From contig JAFUOX010000055.1 in NCBI GenBank assembly GCA_017481725.1, positions 7,443 to 71,442 on the forward strand: a stretch of DNA of 64,000 nt, in the 5' to 3' direction. Below, piece after piece: positions 20,066 to 29,678 of the stretch (the first letter of the stretch is position 1; every line of letters starts with the position of its first letter). The position numbers and the translations under genes were made by a program. The notes beneath the pieces were generated by a model. The model had not been told where the DNA came from. It was given only the letters and a program-made list of their open reading frames with translations, and searched no databases. This DNA is from Kiritimatiellia bacterium. GTDB taxonomy: Bacteria; Verrucomicrobiota; Kiritimatiellia; RFP12; UBA3636.

Positions 20066-20710
20066 ATGGCTAAGGTAAAATTAACAAAAACAGAGCTTAA
20101 AGCCCAAAAAGAAGCACTTTCTCGCTATCAGCGCTTTCTGCCGATGCTTCAGCTGAAAAAGCAGCAGCTACAGATGGAAATTGCTGGTATTAGAGCAAAG
20201 GCAGAGGAGGCAATAGAGCAGCGTGATAAGGTGCTTGCAGATGTGTCTCCATGGATTGGTTTGTTTTCTACAGATTCTGTTGAACTGCCAGTTGTTTTTG
20301 ATGGAATTATAGAGAAAACTGGTAATATAGCTGGTGTCACAATTCCACTTTATGCTGGTATTAAAACACATCGTCCAGAAATAGATTTATTTTCTACACC
20401 TGCTTGGATTGATGAAGCAGCGGAAATAGCTATTAATTTAATGGAATTTAATGCACAGGTAGAAATTTATTCAAAGCAGCTTGAATTGATTACAGAAGAG
20501 CTCCGCACAACTTCTCAGAGAGTAAACCTTTTTGAAAAAGTAAAAATTCCTGAGTGCAAAGAGAATATTCGTGTGATTGGTATTGCATTAGGCGATGAAC
20601 AAACATCTGCTGTCGCCCGAGGTAAAATTGCAAAGGGACGCGGTAAGAATGATGCAGTAGCAGCGGAAGATTTGCCTGAGGCAATTGTAACAGAGGAGGA
20701 ATGGGTATGA
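20066..20710 (+). CDS. ntpD: V/A-type ATP synthase subunit D
   Basis: KLTKTELK, LPMLQLKK, NIAGV, ELRTTSQRVNLFEKVKIP. Confidence 0.94.
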   Translation: MAKVKLTKTELKAQKEALSRYQRFLPMLQLKKQQLQMEIAGIRAKAEEAIEQRDKVLADVSPWIGLFSTDSVELPVVFDGIIEKTGNIAGVTIPLYAGIKTHRPEIDLFSTPAWIDEAAEIAINLMEFNAQVEIYSKQLELITEELRTTSQRVNLFEKVKIPECKENIRVIGIALGDEQTSAVARGKIAKGRGKNDAVAAEDLPEAIVTEEEWV

Positions 20711-22545
20711 TAGTTCCGATGAAGCATGTTACAGTACTTTGCCTTGAATCAGAGAAAAATGATGCAATTGTTAAACTTTCAGATGCTGGTGTATTACATG
20801 TTAATGTAAGCGTAACAGATAGTGACTCTATTCAAAAATCAACTCATGATGAGGAGCTTGCAAAGCGAGCAATTTCTTGTATTAAGCTTGCTGCTTCAGC
20901 AAATGATGATTCTCGCTTTAAGCTTGAGTTCCCTCCTGCTATTTCTGGTGCAACTGACTTAAACGATTCAAATAGTGTGACAATTTCTATCTCTGTTGCC
21001 AATGCTATGGCTGATAATTATATTGCAGCAGCTGTAGAGAAACAGTCTTTAGATCAAGTTATCGCTAAATATTTGCCATTCGGTGATTTTAATCCAGAAT
21101 CAGCAACTGAGTTAATAGCAAAAGGAGTTAAGATTCGCTTGTTTTCTGCTCCTGCAAAAACAATTGTTGAAGGGATAAATAGTGATGCTATCTGCAATAT
21201 ACTACAAAGTGATGCAGAGGGTGTTTTTGGTGTGCTAATAGGCGATGGAGACCTTCCACAGGGTGCAATTGAGGTTCCTCTTCCTGTTGAAACACTTGCT
21301 AGAACAATTGAACGAGTTGATGCTTGTGTCGGCCGTATGAGCCAAGCTGTAAACAAATTAGTGGAGCTACAGCGTCATTTGGCTGGTATTGAAAATGAGC
21401 TTAAGAGCCGCGCTCAATCAACAGAATCTGTGGTTGTTTTGGAAAATATGCAAAATCTTGGTGAAGGGGTTGTATATTTGACAGGCTTTATTCCTGCACG
21501 CCGTAATGACTTGATTGTTGGCATTGCAAAACAAAATGGATGGGGTGTCGTGATTCGCAATCCTGAGGAAGGTGAAATGGTTCCAACATTACTTGAACCA
21601 CCAAAGCTTTTCCGTCCAATTACAAAGCTATTTGGTATGCTAGGTATTTTGCCAGCATATAATGAGACAGATGTTAGTGTCCCATTCTTTATTTTCTTCT
21701 CATTGTTTTTTGCAATGCTTATAGGTGATGCAGGTTATGGTTTAATAATTCTCTTGTTAGCCTTGTTTGCAAATAAAAAGCTAAAGAAAGCTGACAAATT
21801 AACGCCATATGTAAAATCAGTGCTTACAATGATGTATGTATTTGCTGGTTCAACAGTTTTTTATGGTGTCTTGAGCGGTACTTATTTTGGTATTCCTCAG
21901 ACTGCATTACCTGAGGTGCTTAAATTTAAGTCTGTTAGCTGGCTAGGAAAACAAGATAATATCATGCAACTTTGCTTGACAATTGGTGCTTTGCATCTTG
22001 TTATTGCAAGAGCTTGGAATGCGGTTGTCCTATTCCCATCAAAGAAGCTACTTGCCGAGGTTGGTTGGTGCGGTGTGATTGTGTCTATGTATTGTCTTGT
22101 TTGTGGAATCATTATTCAGGGCTTTACAACACCAAGCTGGAATACATATCTTCTCATCGTTTCTGCTTTGTTAATCTTATTCTTTATGCTAGATAAGTCT
22201 GAACTAAAGGAGAATGGTGTATCCTTGGGTATGCTTCCTCTTAATATTATCAGCTGTATGGGTGATATAATTTCATATATCCGCTTATTTGCTGTGGGCT
22301 TGGCATCAGTAAAGGTGGCAGAAAATTTCAATCTTATTGCTTCAGGGCTTGAAATGAGCCTCATTATTAAAATTCCAGCAATGATTTTGATCTTACTCCT
22401 TGGTCATGGCGTAAACTTTATTATGGGAGCATTGAGTGTGCTTGTTCATGCTGTGCGCTTGAATACACTTGAGTTTTCCTCTGCAAAGGGTGTCTCATGG
22501 TCAGGTGTGGCATATAAACCTTTTCGTATAGACAAGAAAAAATAA
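20707..22545 (+). CDS. ntpI: V/A-type ATP synthase subunit I (a)
   Basis: MIVPMK start (ATGA overlap), FFAMLIGDAGYG, DIISYIRLFAVGLA, HAVRLNTLEF. Confidence 0.94.
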   Translation: MIVPMKHVTVLCLESEKNDAIVKLSDAGVLHVNVSVTDSDSIQKSTHDEELAKRAISCIKLAASANDDSRFKLEFPPAISGATDLNDSNSVTISISVANAMADNYIAAAVEKQSLDQVIAKYLPFGDFNPESATELIAKGVKIRLFSAPAKTIVEGINSDAICNILQSDAEGVFGVLIGDGDLPQGAIEVPLPVETLARTIERVDACVGRMSQAVNKLVELQRHLAGIENELKSRAQSTESVVVLENMQNLGEGVVYLTGFIPARRNDLIVGIAKQNGWGVVIRNPEEGEMVPTLLEPPKLFRPITKLFGMLGILPAYNETDVSVPFFIFFSLFFAMLIGDAGYGLIILLLALFANKKLKKADKLTPYVKSVLTMMYVFAGSTVFYGVLSGTYFGIPQTALPEVLKFKSVSWLGKQDNIMQLCLTIGALHLVIARAWNAVVLFPSKKLLAEVGWCGVIVSMYCLVCGIIIQGFTTPSWNTYLLIVSALLILFFMLDKSELKENGVSLGMLPLNIISCMGDIISYIRLFAVGLASVKVAENFNLIASGLEMSLIIKIPAMILILLLGHGVNFIMGALSVLVHAVRLNTLEFSSAKGVSWSGVAYKPFRIDKKK

Positions 22546-22625
22546 TTTAATAAATCGAACGTTTAATTTAAAAATACAATAACTTAATTGGCAAAGCCAA
22601 TAATAAAAGAAAGTAGGAAAATATT

Positions 22626-23213
22626 ATGAATCCAGAAGTAGCATTAGGTGTCGCAGGAGCAATTGCAGCAATTAGCTTTAGTGCTGTAGGTTCAGCAATT
22701 GGTACAGGAAAGGCAGCTTCAGCTGCAATCGGAGCTTGGAAGAAATGCTATGCACAAAATAAGCCAGCACCTTTCCAGCTATTGTCTTTCGTAGGTGCTC
22801 CTATCACACAGACTCTATATGGTATGATTTTGATGTTCTCTATGATTGGTGTCGCTAAGGGTAATCCTGTTCCTGGTGCAGGCGTTGCAATGCTTATCAT
22901 TGGTATTGTCGCAGGTATCGGTATTGGTGCTTCTGCTGTATTTCAGGGCATTGCTGGTGCCGGTGCTTCCAATGCACAGGCAGAGACAGGTAAGGGCTTT
23001 ACAAACTATCTAGCATCTATCGGTATCGTTGAAACTGTTGCTATTTTCGTAATGGTTTTCGCACTCATCGGTGCTGGTAATCTTTCTCAGGAAGAGGTTG
23101 AAGCTCCAGCTCCAGCAGCAGTAGAAGCTCCAGTAGCAGCAGAAGAAGCTCCAGCAGCAGTAGAAACTCCAGCAGCAGTAGAAGCTCCAGTAGCAGTAGA
23201 AGCTGCTGAATAA
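22626..23213 (+). CDS. ntpK: V/A-type ATP synthase subunit K (c), 4-TM, with Ala/Pro/Glu-rich C-terminal tail
   Basis: GSAIGTG, APITQTLYG, FQG, GIVETVAIF. Confidence 0.93.
   Translation: MNPEVALGVAGAIAAISFSAVGSAIGTGKAASAAIGAWKKCYAQNKPAPFQLLSFVGAPITQTLYGMILMFSMIGVAKGNPVPGAGVAMLIIGIVAGIGIGASAVFQGIAGAGASNAQAETGKGFTNYLASIGIVETVAIFVMVFALIGAGNLSQEEVEAPAPAAVEAPVAAEEAPAAVETPAAVEAPVAVEAAE
23098..23210 (+). repeat. Degenerate 18-nt coding tandem repeat (CCAGCAGCAGTAGAAGCT = PAAVEA)
   Basis: About 5-6 imperfect copies at the 3' end of ntpK. Confidence 0.8.
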
Positions 23214-23237
23214 TTGTTTTAATTCTAAATTATTCTT

Positions 23238-23267
23238 AATAGGCGGTATTTTTTTATGCCGCCTATT
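23238..23267 (+). terminator. Terminator after ntpK
   Basis: AATAGGCGGTA...TGCCGCCTATT. Confidence 0.8.
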
Positions 23268-23298
23268 TGTATTATAATTATTTTAGGAGTTCAACCTA

Positions 23299-24297
23299 AT
23301 GGACGAAGCAAAGAAGATTGGTAAAGCATTGTGTATGTATTCAGGCGGCCTAGATAGCCAGCTTGCTATTTGTGTACTCAAGGAACAAGGAATAGAAGCC
23401 ACTGCACTAATATTTACAAGTCCTTTTTTTGCTGATTCTAATCAAGCTAAAAGATCTGCAGAGGCCCTTGGCGTTCCTGTAATGCTTGTCGATTTTACAG
23501 ATGATTTGGTTGAGCTTATTAAAGCACCAAAGCATGGTTTTGGTTCATGTATGAATCCATGCATTGATTGCCACGCTCGTATGATGACGCGTGCTGGTGA
23601 AATTATGGAAGAGCAGGGCTTTGATTTTGTGGCTACTGGCGAGGTTATGGGTCAGCGCCCTATGTCGCAGCAAAAGCATGCACTTATTGAGGTCCAAAAG
23701 ACCTCTGGCATTGGTGACCGTGTTTTGCGCCCTCTATCTGCTAAATTCCTAGAACCAACAGCACCAGAGCGCGATGGAATTGTTGATAGAGAGCGCTTGC
23801 TTGCTCTAGAAGGCCGTAATCGTAAGCCACAAATAGAGCTTGCTAAGAAATATGGCATTAAGAATTATCCGTCACCAGCTGGTGGATGCAAGCTTACTGA
23901 GCCACAATATTCTGCTCGTCTCCGCAATCTTATGAACAATGAAGGTCTTGATGATAAACGTTTAATCCGTTTATTGAACCATGGGCGTGTCTTCCGTCTT
24001 CCTGGTGGGACTCTTGTTTTTGCAGGACGCAATAAGTCCGATAATGAGGCAATACGTGCAGGTCTACGTGGTCCAGATATCCTTTTCCGCTCTTTTACAG
24101 TGGTTGGTCCTTCTGTTCTTGTTGTTTCACCAAAATGTGAAGGGGATATTGTTTTGGCGCAGCAAATTTGTGCCGCTTATGCAGATCATAAGGGCGCTAC
24201 TGAGGTGGGTGTGCGTTGCTTCAAGCCAGCCCGCAAGCCTGAGGATTTGCAAATAGGTGTTGTGGATCGTGAACAGCTTATTCCTTATATGATTTAG
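23299..24297 (+). CDS. PP-loop tRNA sulfurtransferase (ThiI/MnmA-like with C-terminal DUF814-like domain)
   Basis: SGGLDS, NPCIDCH, TGEVMGQRPMSQ, PAGGC, GRN...N. Confidence 0.82.
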   Translation: MDEAKKIGKALCMYSGGLDSQLAICVLKEQGIEATALIFTSPFFADSNQAKRSAEALGVPVMLVDFTDDLVELIKAPKHGFGSCMNPCIDCHARMMTRAGEIMEEQGFDFVATGEVMGQRPMSQQKHALIEVQKTSGIGDRVLRPLSAKFLEPTAPERDGIVDRERLLALEGRNRKPQIELAKKYGIKNYPSPAGGCKLTEPQYSARLRNLMNNEGLDDKRLIRLLNHGRVFRLPGGTLVFAGRNKSDNEAIRAGLRGPDILFRSFTVVGPSVLVVSPKCEGDIVLAQQICAAYADHKGATEVGVRCFKPARKPEDLQIGVVDREQLIPYMI

Positions 24298-24320
24298 TCA
24301 TTACAAGAGGCAATAAGATT

Positions 24321-24863
24321 ATGCATGATTTCTTGGAAGCATCATTTTACGGAATAAGCCTTGCAATGGATGCTATGGCTGTCGCTGTGGGAATGTTTTC
24401 TGTACGTCATACTTGCTCAGCTATTTGGCAAGCAATTGCTGTTTCTTTTGTGTTTGCCTTTTTCCAGTTTCTAATGCCTGTAATTGGTTATGGTTGCTGT
24501 AATATTCTTCCTCTTGCTTCAATTCAAACGGTTGGCAAATTTATTGCCTGTGCTTTGCTGCTCTTTTTAGGTATACGTATGGTGCTTGCAAAGGAGGAAT
24601 GCACCGTGCCACAGTTCGGTGTTGTTTCGGTGTTGTCTCTTGCCGTAGCAACAAGCATTGATGCTCTGATTGTTGGTGTTGGGTTTGCCGTTACAGCTAA
24701 TGCGGAGTATCTCTATTTTTCCACTATAATTGGTGTTGTAACTTTTTTTATTGCTCTTTTTGGTTGTTTCTTGGGCAGTGTACTCGGTGTTCATTGTCTC
24801 AGTAAAAGCACTCTTATAGGTGGCGTAGTGCTTATAGGTATTGCAATTAAGCAGCTCTTTTAA
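24321..24863 (+). CDS. mntP: Manganese efflux pump MntP
   Basis: SLAMDAMAV, FQFLMP, LAVATSIDAL, GGVVLIGIAIK. Confidence 0.88.
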   Translation: MHDFLEASFYGISLAMDAMAVAVGMFSVRHTCSAIWQAIAVSFVFAFFQFLMPVIGYGCCNILPLASIQTVGKFIACALLLFLGIRMVLAKEECTVPQFGVVSVLSLAVATSIDALIVGVGFAVTANAEYLYFSTIIGVVTFFIALFGCFLGSVLGVHCLSKSTLIGGVVLIGIAIKQLF

Positions 24864-24886
24864 TTGTTCTTCAGGAAGAAGGTTTT

Positions 24887-26068
24887 ATGAATATAGCTCC
24901 AAATAGCGAAAGAGTTCGTATATCAATTTTTGGTCGACGTAATGCAGGTAAGTCGTCACTTCTAAATGCTATTCTTGGTCAGGACGTTGCCACGGTTTCT
25001 CCTGTTCCAGGAACAACTACAGATGCTGTATTTAAGGCAATGGAGCTTTTACCATTAGGCCCTGTTTTGTTGGTTGATACACCAGGAATTGATGATGATC
25101 AAGCTGAGATTGGTGCTTTGAGAATTAAGCGAACACAGGAGGAGCTTCGCCGCGTCGATATTGCGATTGTGGTTACTTCTCCAAAGATTGGCCTTGGTGA
25201 GTTTGAGGCAAATTTAATCTCTGATTTGCGAGCAAAGGGCATTGCATTTGTCGTTGCGGTTAATAAGCTTGATGAAGAACCTTTATCTGCAGAACGCACG
25301 AATGAATTAGAACGAGCATTTGCAGCTCCTATTTATCCAGTCTCTGCAAAGACAGGAGAGGGCATTAACGAATTTAAGGAAGCTCTTGCCAAATTAAAGC
25401 CTGATGAGCCAGTAAGTCAGCATATCATTGGAGATAGATTGTCTCCCGGTGATATAGCTATTCTTGTTGTACCTATAGATAAGGCAGCACCAAAGGGACG
25501 TCTAATTCTTCCTCAGCAGCAGACCATCCGTGATTTGCTTGATTGTGGCTGCAATGCTTTGGTTTGTCAGGTTCCAGAGCTGGAGCATATGCTTTCTTCG
25601 CTCACAACACCTCCTGCAATAGTTATTACAGATTCTCAGGTGTTTGCAGAGGTTCGTAAGCTTGTCCCTCCTACTATTAAGTTGACTTCATTCTCAATTC
25701 TAATGGCTCAATATAAGGGCAATTATGAATTACAGAAGCGTGGAGCAGCAAAGCTTGATTCTCTAAAGGATGGCGATACTATACTCATTGCTGAGGGTTG
25801 TACACATCATCGTCAGTGTAATGATATAGGAACTGTGAAGCTGCCTAATTGGATAAAGAAATACACAGGCAAAGAGATTAATTTTGAATTTACATCTGGG
25901 CAAGGCTGGAAGGAAGATTTAAGCAAATATGCTCTTATAGTTCATTGCGGTGCTTGTATGCTTAACCGCAAGGAGATGCGTAACCGCCTAGCTGATGCGG
26001 AGGCTGCGGGCATCCCAATCACCAATTATGGCATTGCTATAGCTAAACTGCAGGGTGTAGAGCTGTAA
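24887..26068 (+). CDS. hydF: [FeFe]-hydrogenase maturation GTPase HydF
   Basis: GRRNAGKSS, PGTTTD, DTPG, NKLD, PKGRLILPQ, EGCTHH and HCGAC Fe-S ligands, TNYG. Confidence 0.96.
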   Translation: MNIAPNSERVRISIFGRRNAGKSSLLNAILGQDVATVSPVPGTTTDAVFKAMELLPLGPVLLVDTPGIDDDQAEIGALRIKRTQEELRRVDIAIVVTSPKIGLGEFEANLISDLRAKGIAFVVAVNKLDEEPLSAERTNELERAFAAPIYPVSAKTGEGINEFKEALAKLKPDEPVSQHIIGDRLSPGDIAILVVPIDKAAPKGRLILPQQQTIRDLLDCGCNALVCQVPELEHMLSSLTTPPAIVITDSQVFAEVRKLVPPTIKLTSFSILMAQYKGNYELQKRGAAKLDSLKDGDTILIAEGCTHHRQCNDIGTVKLPNWIKKYTGKEINFEFTSGQGWKEDLSKYALIVHCGACMLNRKEMRNRLADAEAAGIPITNYGIAIAKLQGVEL

Positions 26069-26404
26069 TTTGAGCGTGACTTTGTCATCGCAAAGAGTTT
26101 CACACTAAACACGTTCGTTAGAGAGTTCTCCATTAAACTATCGCATTATGAGCGGGTGAATTAAGTCTTAAACCCGCCCAATCTCTTTTTGCTCTTCAGT
26201 CACAATTACCAGTGCCAAGTCTATAATAGGTGATAATCTATGAAAATTTGTGTTTCCAACATAGACATAAATCGTTATGGCTCGGTTATTCCGTTTACAA
26301 TCTCATTTTAATTGTTGAATTAAGGTTAATATAATTGACTTTTTGATTGTGAAAAAGGTAAAATATTATCCATAAAATGTAAATTAGTACTAAAGGATAT
26401 TTAT

Positions 26405-28720
26405 ATGAAATTAAAGTTTATTTTTTGGGGCATGTTAGCACTAGCTATACCAATGTTTTTGCAAGCAGAAATTATTAGACCATTTGGTAATGTTACTCTT
26501 GTAGATGAAATTGATTGCACTCAGGATACTCATGATATGGAGGTATATCCAAAAGGGGCATCAAGAATTGAAAATATTTTAGGCGTTCCTCATCGCGTGC
26601 TTGAAGTACAGGCTGAGGAAGGCTCTTATATCAAATTTAGAGTAGGTAAGGGTAAAAACCTAAAGCCACATGGCTCTTATGTGCTTGTAATCGATTATCC
26701 AGATGATTTGCCTCGTAACTATTTAGTTCGTAATAACGCAATGGAATCAAAGCGTTCTTTTTATACCGGACGTAATGGCGGCGACTGCTTTGGTGCTCAC
26801 TATGTAGATCATAATATTGAATCCTTAAATATCCCTCAATCTGGAAAAATTGAAAAATGGACAGCATATATGTCTATCATGGATTATACAATTGACAAGG
26901 ATGAGGATGGAAAGAATCTCCGCTCTACAGCGAAAAATGACGGCTTTGATTTAATTATTGCACAATACAATCGCAAGCAAGACCCAAATACTCAAGGTGT
27001 TGCATTAAGCAAGATTTATCTATATGAAATTCCTAATGAAGAGCAGGTTTATGCAAAAATCCATCTTCCTCCAAAAGGTTTACCACGTCGCCACCTATTT
27101 TGGCGTGAAGAAATGTCAGATGGTGCGATGGCTAGAAATGATCCTAAAATTGGATACTATCGCCATAAGTTCCGTCAGCTTAAAATGATGGGTATGGACA
27201 CATATTGTAAGGACTTGTTTGAGTTTGGTCATGTTCAGCACTGGAATCCAGGAAAGGCTGGATTATACATGTGGGATAGTGATGACCGAGATGTTTGGGA
27301 TTCTATCGTTAAGGAAGCAGCAGATTATGGGCTAAACATTCTTCCTTATTACGAATATGCTGGTGCAAACTATATGGATAGAAATGGTAAGCCATCTTTA
27401 GGTCGCCAACTAAAGGCTGAGCCATTGAATAAGGATATTTGGACAGATACAAAGAATTGCTATACTCATATTTGGTGGTCAGAAAAGCTTCGTGTTGATA
27501 TCACAGATGAGGATACCTATGAGGAGTTTAGAAAGGTTATCTATGGCACAATCCTTAGATATACTGACCAAAAGGACAATATGCTAGGTGTGTGGATTCG
27601 CCCACGCCCAGCACAGATGGCAGTTGGCTTTGCAGATGCTACACGTGCACGCTTTGCAAAGGAGGCAAACAATGGTGTAGCTGTTTCTCGTGAGGATTTG
27701 CGCAAAAATAAGGCACTATACGATAAATACATTAAATGGTGGGGTAGAAAGCGTGCAGAATTCCTTGTTGGTATGCGTGATTATATGGCTCAAAATGGCA
27801 TTAAGAACCCTATTGCAATTATTGATGGTGATACATCAGAGCCTGGTGATGGTATGGATAATCAGCGTGGTATTATTACTGATGACCCAGATTATTGGAG
27901 AGAGATTTTTAGAAAGCCACCTTTCAATAAGTCTAATCCAGATGATTCCATTACAGATATAACAAACAAGAGATTTATAAATCAGCATTGGTTCTTGAGC
28001 GGTCTAAAGCGTCCAAGTGGCACTTGGGGTCATTGGGAATGGCATCATGCATGCCCTGGTGCCGATCCAGAGAATTATCATGATTTGAAAAATGTGTGGA
28101 TAACAATGACATTCCATCGTGCATATTCAGTGATGGATCCATACTGCTTGGAAATGTTTAGTAATGCTAATGGCGGACAGACTCTTATTCGTCACTATGG
28201 CTTGAATGAAAACAATCTTGTTAAGTTTACTCGTGATGCAAATGGTACCCCACAGAAGGATGAAAAGGGTAACTACAAGTTTGAGCGCCTTTGTGGTTAT
28301 GCAATTCATGACTCAGAGCGTGCAGGCCGTGCTTGTATGCAGTCTGAGGTTTTAGCTATGGCAAATGGTAACCCATACAATATTGGTTATTTGATTGGCT
28401 CAACCTTTACTCGTGGCTTCCCTGTGGCTGTTCGTGAATTTAATACAAATTATCTGGCACTCCCAGCTGTTCCTTCTGAGATTGTTAAAGGTGCATGTGC
28501 AGATCCAGAGGTTGTTGTTCGTCGCTATAGAACACCAAATAATGGCACTTACTATGCAATTATTCATACAGGCTATGTACACAAGAAGCATGTAAAAATC
28601 ACCTTCCCAGAGGATATTCAAAATTTAACAATTATCAACTCTGGGCGTAAAATTTCAAGAAACAAGATTGCAATTGATTTGAAGCCATGGCAGCTATTGT
28701 CATTGCATTCAGATAAGTAA
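26405..28720 (+). CDS. Secreted hypothetical protein, possibly a glycoside hydrolase-like enzyme
   Basis: Signal peptide MKLKFIFWGMLALAIPMFLQA, 771 aa, Trp/Tyr/Asp-rich. No family recognised. Confidence 0.6.
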   Translation: MKLKFIFWGMLALAIPMFLQAEIIRPFGNVTLVDEIDCTQDTHDMEVYPKGASRIENILGVPHRVLEVQAEEGSYIKFRVGKGKNLKPHGSYVLVIDYPDDLPRNYLVRNNAMESKRSFYTGRNGGDCFGAHYVDHNIESLNIPQSGKIEKWTAYMSIMDYTIDKDEDGKNLRSTAKNDGFDLIIAQYNRKQDPNTQGVALSKIYLYEIPNEEQVYAKIHLPPKGLPRRHLFWREEMSDGAMARNDPKIGYYRHKFRQLKMMGMDTYCKDLFEFGHVQHWNPGKAGLYMWDSDDRDVWDSIVKEAADYGLNILPYYEYAGANYMDRNGKPSLGRQLKAEPLNKDIWTDTKNCYTHIWWSEKLRVDITDEDTYEEFRKVIYGTILRYTDQKDNMLGVWIRPRPAQMAVGFADATRARFAKEANNGVAVSREDLRKNKALYDKYIKWWGRKRAEFLVGMRDYMAQNGIKNPIAIIDGDTSEPGDGMDNQRGIITDDPDYWREIFRKPPFNKSNPDDSITDITNKRFINQHWFLSGLKRPSGTWGHWEWHHACPGADPENYHDLKNVWITMTFHRAYSVMDPYCLEMFSNANGGQTLIRHYGLNENNLVKFTRDANGTPQKDEKGNYKFERLCGYAIHDSERAGRACMQSEVLAMANGNPYNIGYLIGSTFTRGFPVAVREFNTNYLALPAVPSEIVKGACADPEVVVRRYRTPNNGTYYAIIHTGYVHKKHVKITFPEDIQNLTIINSGRKISRNKIAIDLKPWQLLSLHSDK

Positions 28721-28778
28721 TCCAGTAACAATATTTTTCACAAAAATTTGATGGAATATTGTAAAAAAAAGAGGTTGT

Positions 28779-29618
28779 ATGAAAATTAAATTTACGAAAA
28801 TGCATGGAGCTGGGAATGATTTTATTATTATCGATGACCGTGCTCAAAAATTTGATTTAACTGCGACCTCTTTGATTGCCAAGATATCAGCACGCGACAA
28901 AGGGATTGGCTGCGAGGGTGTGTTAATAATTCGAATGGCAGAGACTTTTTCTGGCAATGATTTCAGAATGATATTTTTTAATCCAGATGGTTCTCGAGTT
29001 GGAATGTGTGGCAATGCAGCACGTTGTGTGGCATTATATGCATACAATAATGGCATAGCTGGTGAGTCTCAGCATATTTTAACAGATAGCGGAGTAATCA
29101 TTGCAACGATTAAATCTGCTGAGTCGGGTGCTGAGGTTGTATCAATAAAAATGCCACAGCCTTCTGCAATAACTGAGTATGAAATTGATGGAATGAAATT
29201 TAATTGCATCAATACAGGTGTACCTCACGCAGTAACATTTTCTGAAAAGACATATACTCATGCAGAAGTTTATAGCATAGGTCGTTCTGTGCGTTATAAT
29301 TCAAAGCTATTCCCAGAAGGAACAAATGTTGATTTTGTTTCTGCTGTAAATCAAAGCTTTTCAAGATATTCTTTGCATACATATGAGCGTGGAGTAGAGG
29401 CAGAGACAGGTGCTTGTGGAACTGGGGCCACTGCTTCTGCATTGGTTATGATTGCAAGGTTTGGTGCAATTTCTCCTGTTCGTTTTGATGTTCTATCAGG
29501 TGATGTTCTTGAGGTTTCTGCAGATTATGATGCAGCGAATGATGTTTTTTCTAATGTGTGTCTCACAGGGCCCGCTCGCATTGTTTCTGAAGGATTCTTT
29601 GATACTAATTGGTTTTAA
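28779..29618 (+). CDS. dapF: Diaminopimelate epimerase
   Basis: KMHGAGNDF, NPDGS..MCGN, GVPH, ERGVEAETGACGTG. Confidence 0.96.
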   Translation: MKIKFTKMHGAGNDFIIIDDRAQKFDLTATSLIAKISARDKGIGCEGVLIIRMAETFSGNDFRMIFFNPDGSRVGMCGNAARCVALYAYNNGIAGESQHILTDSGVIIATIKSAESGAEVVSIKMPQPSAITEYEIDGMKFNCINTGVPHAVTFSEKTYTHAEVYSIGRSVRYNSKLFPEGTNVDFVSAVNQSFSRYSLHTYERGVEAETGACGTGATASALVMIARFGAISPVRFDVLSGDVLEVSADYDAANDVFSNVCLTGPARIVSEGFFDTNWF

Positions 29619-29678
29619 TTAATGTGTAATAAATTGGTTTTGTACTGAAAAACAAAAACGTTAAATTTGGATATTAAT

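Noticed and set aside
26069-26404. Possible riboswitch or ncRNA upstream of the secreted protein
   Set aside because: Only a modest GCGGGT...ACCCGC hairpin is visible and no family motif was recognised. An Rfam/Infernal scan would be needed.
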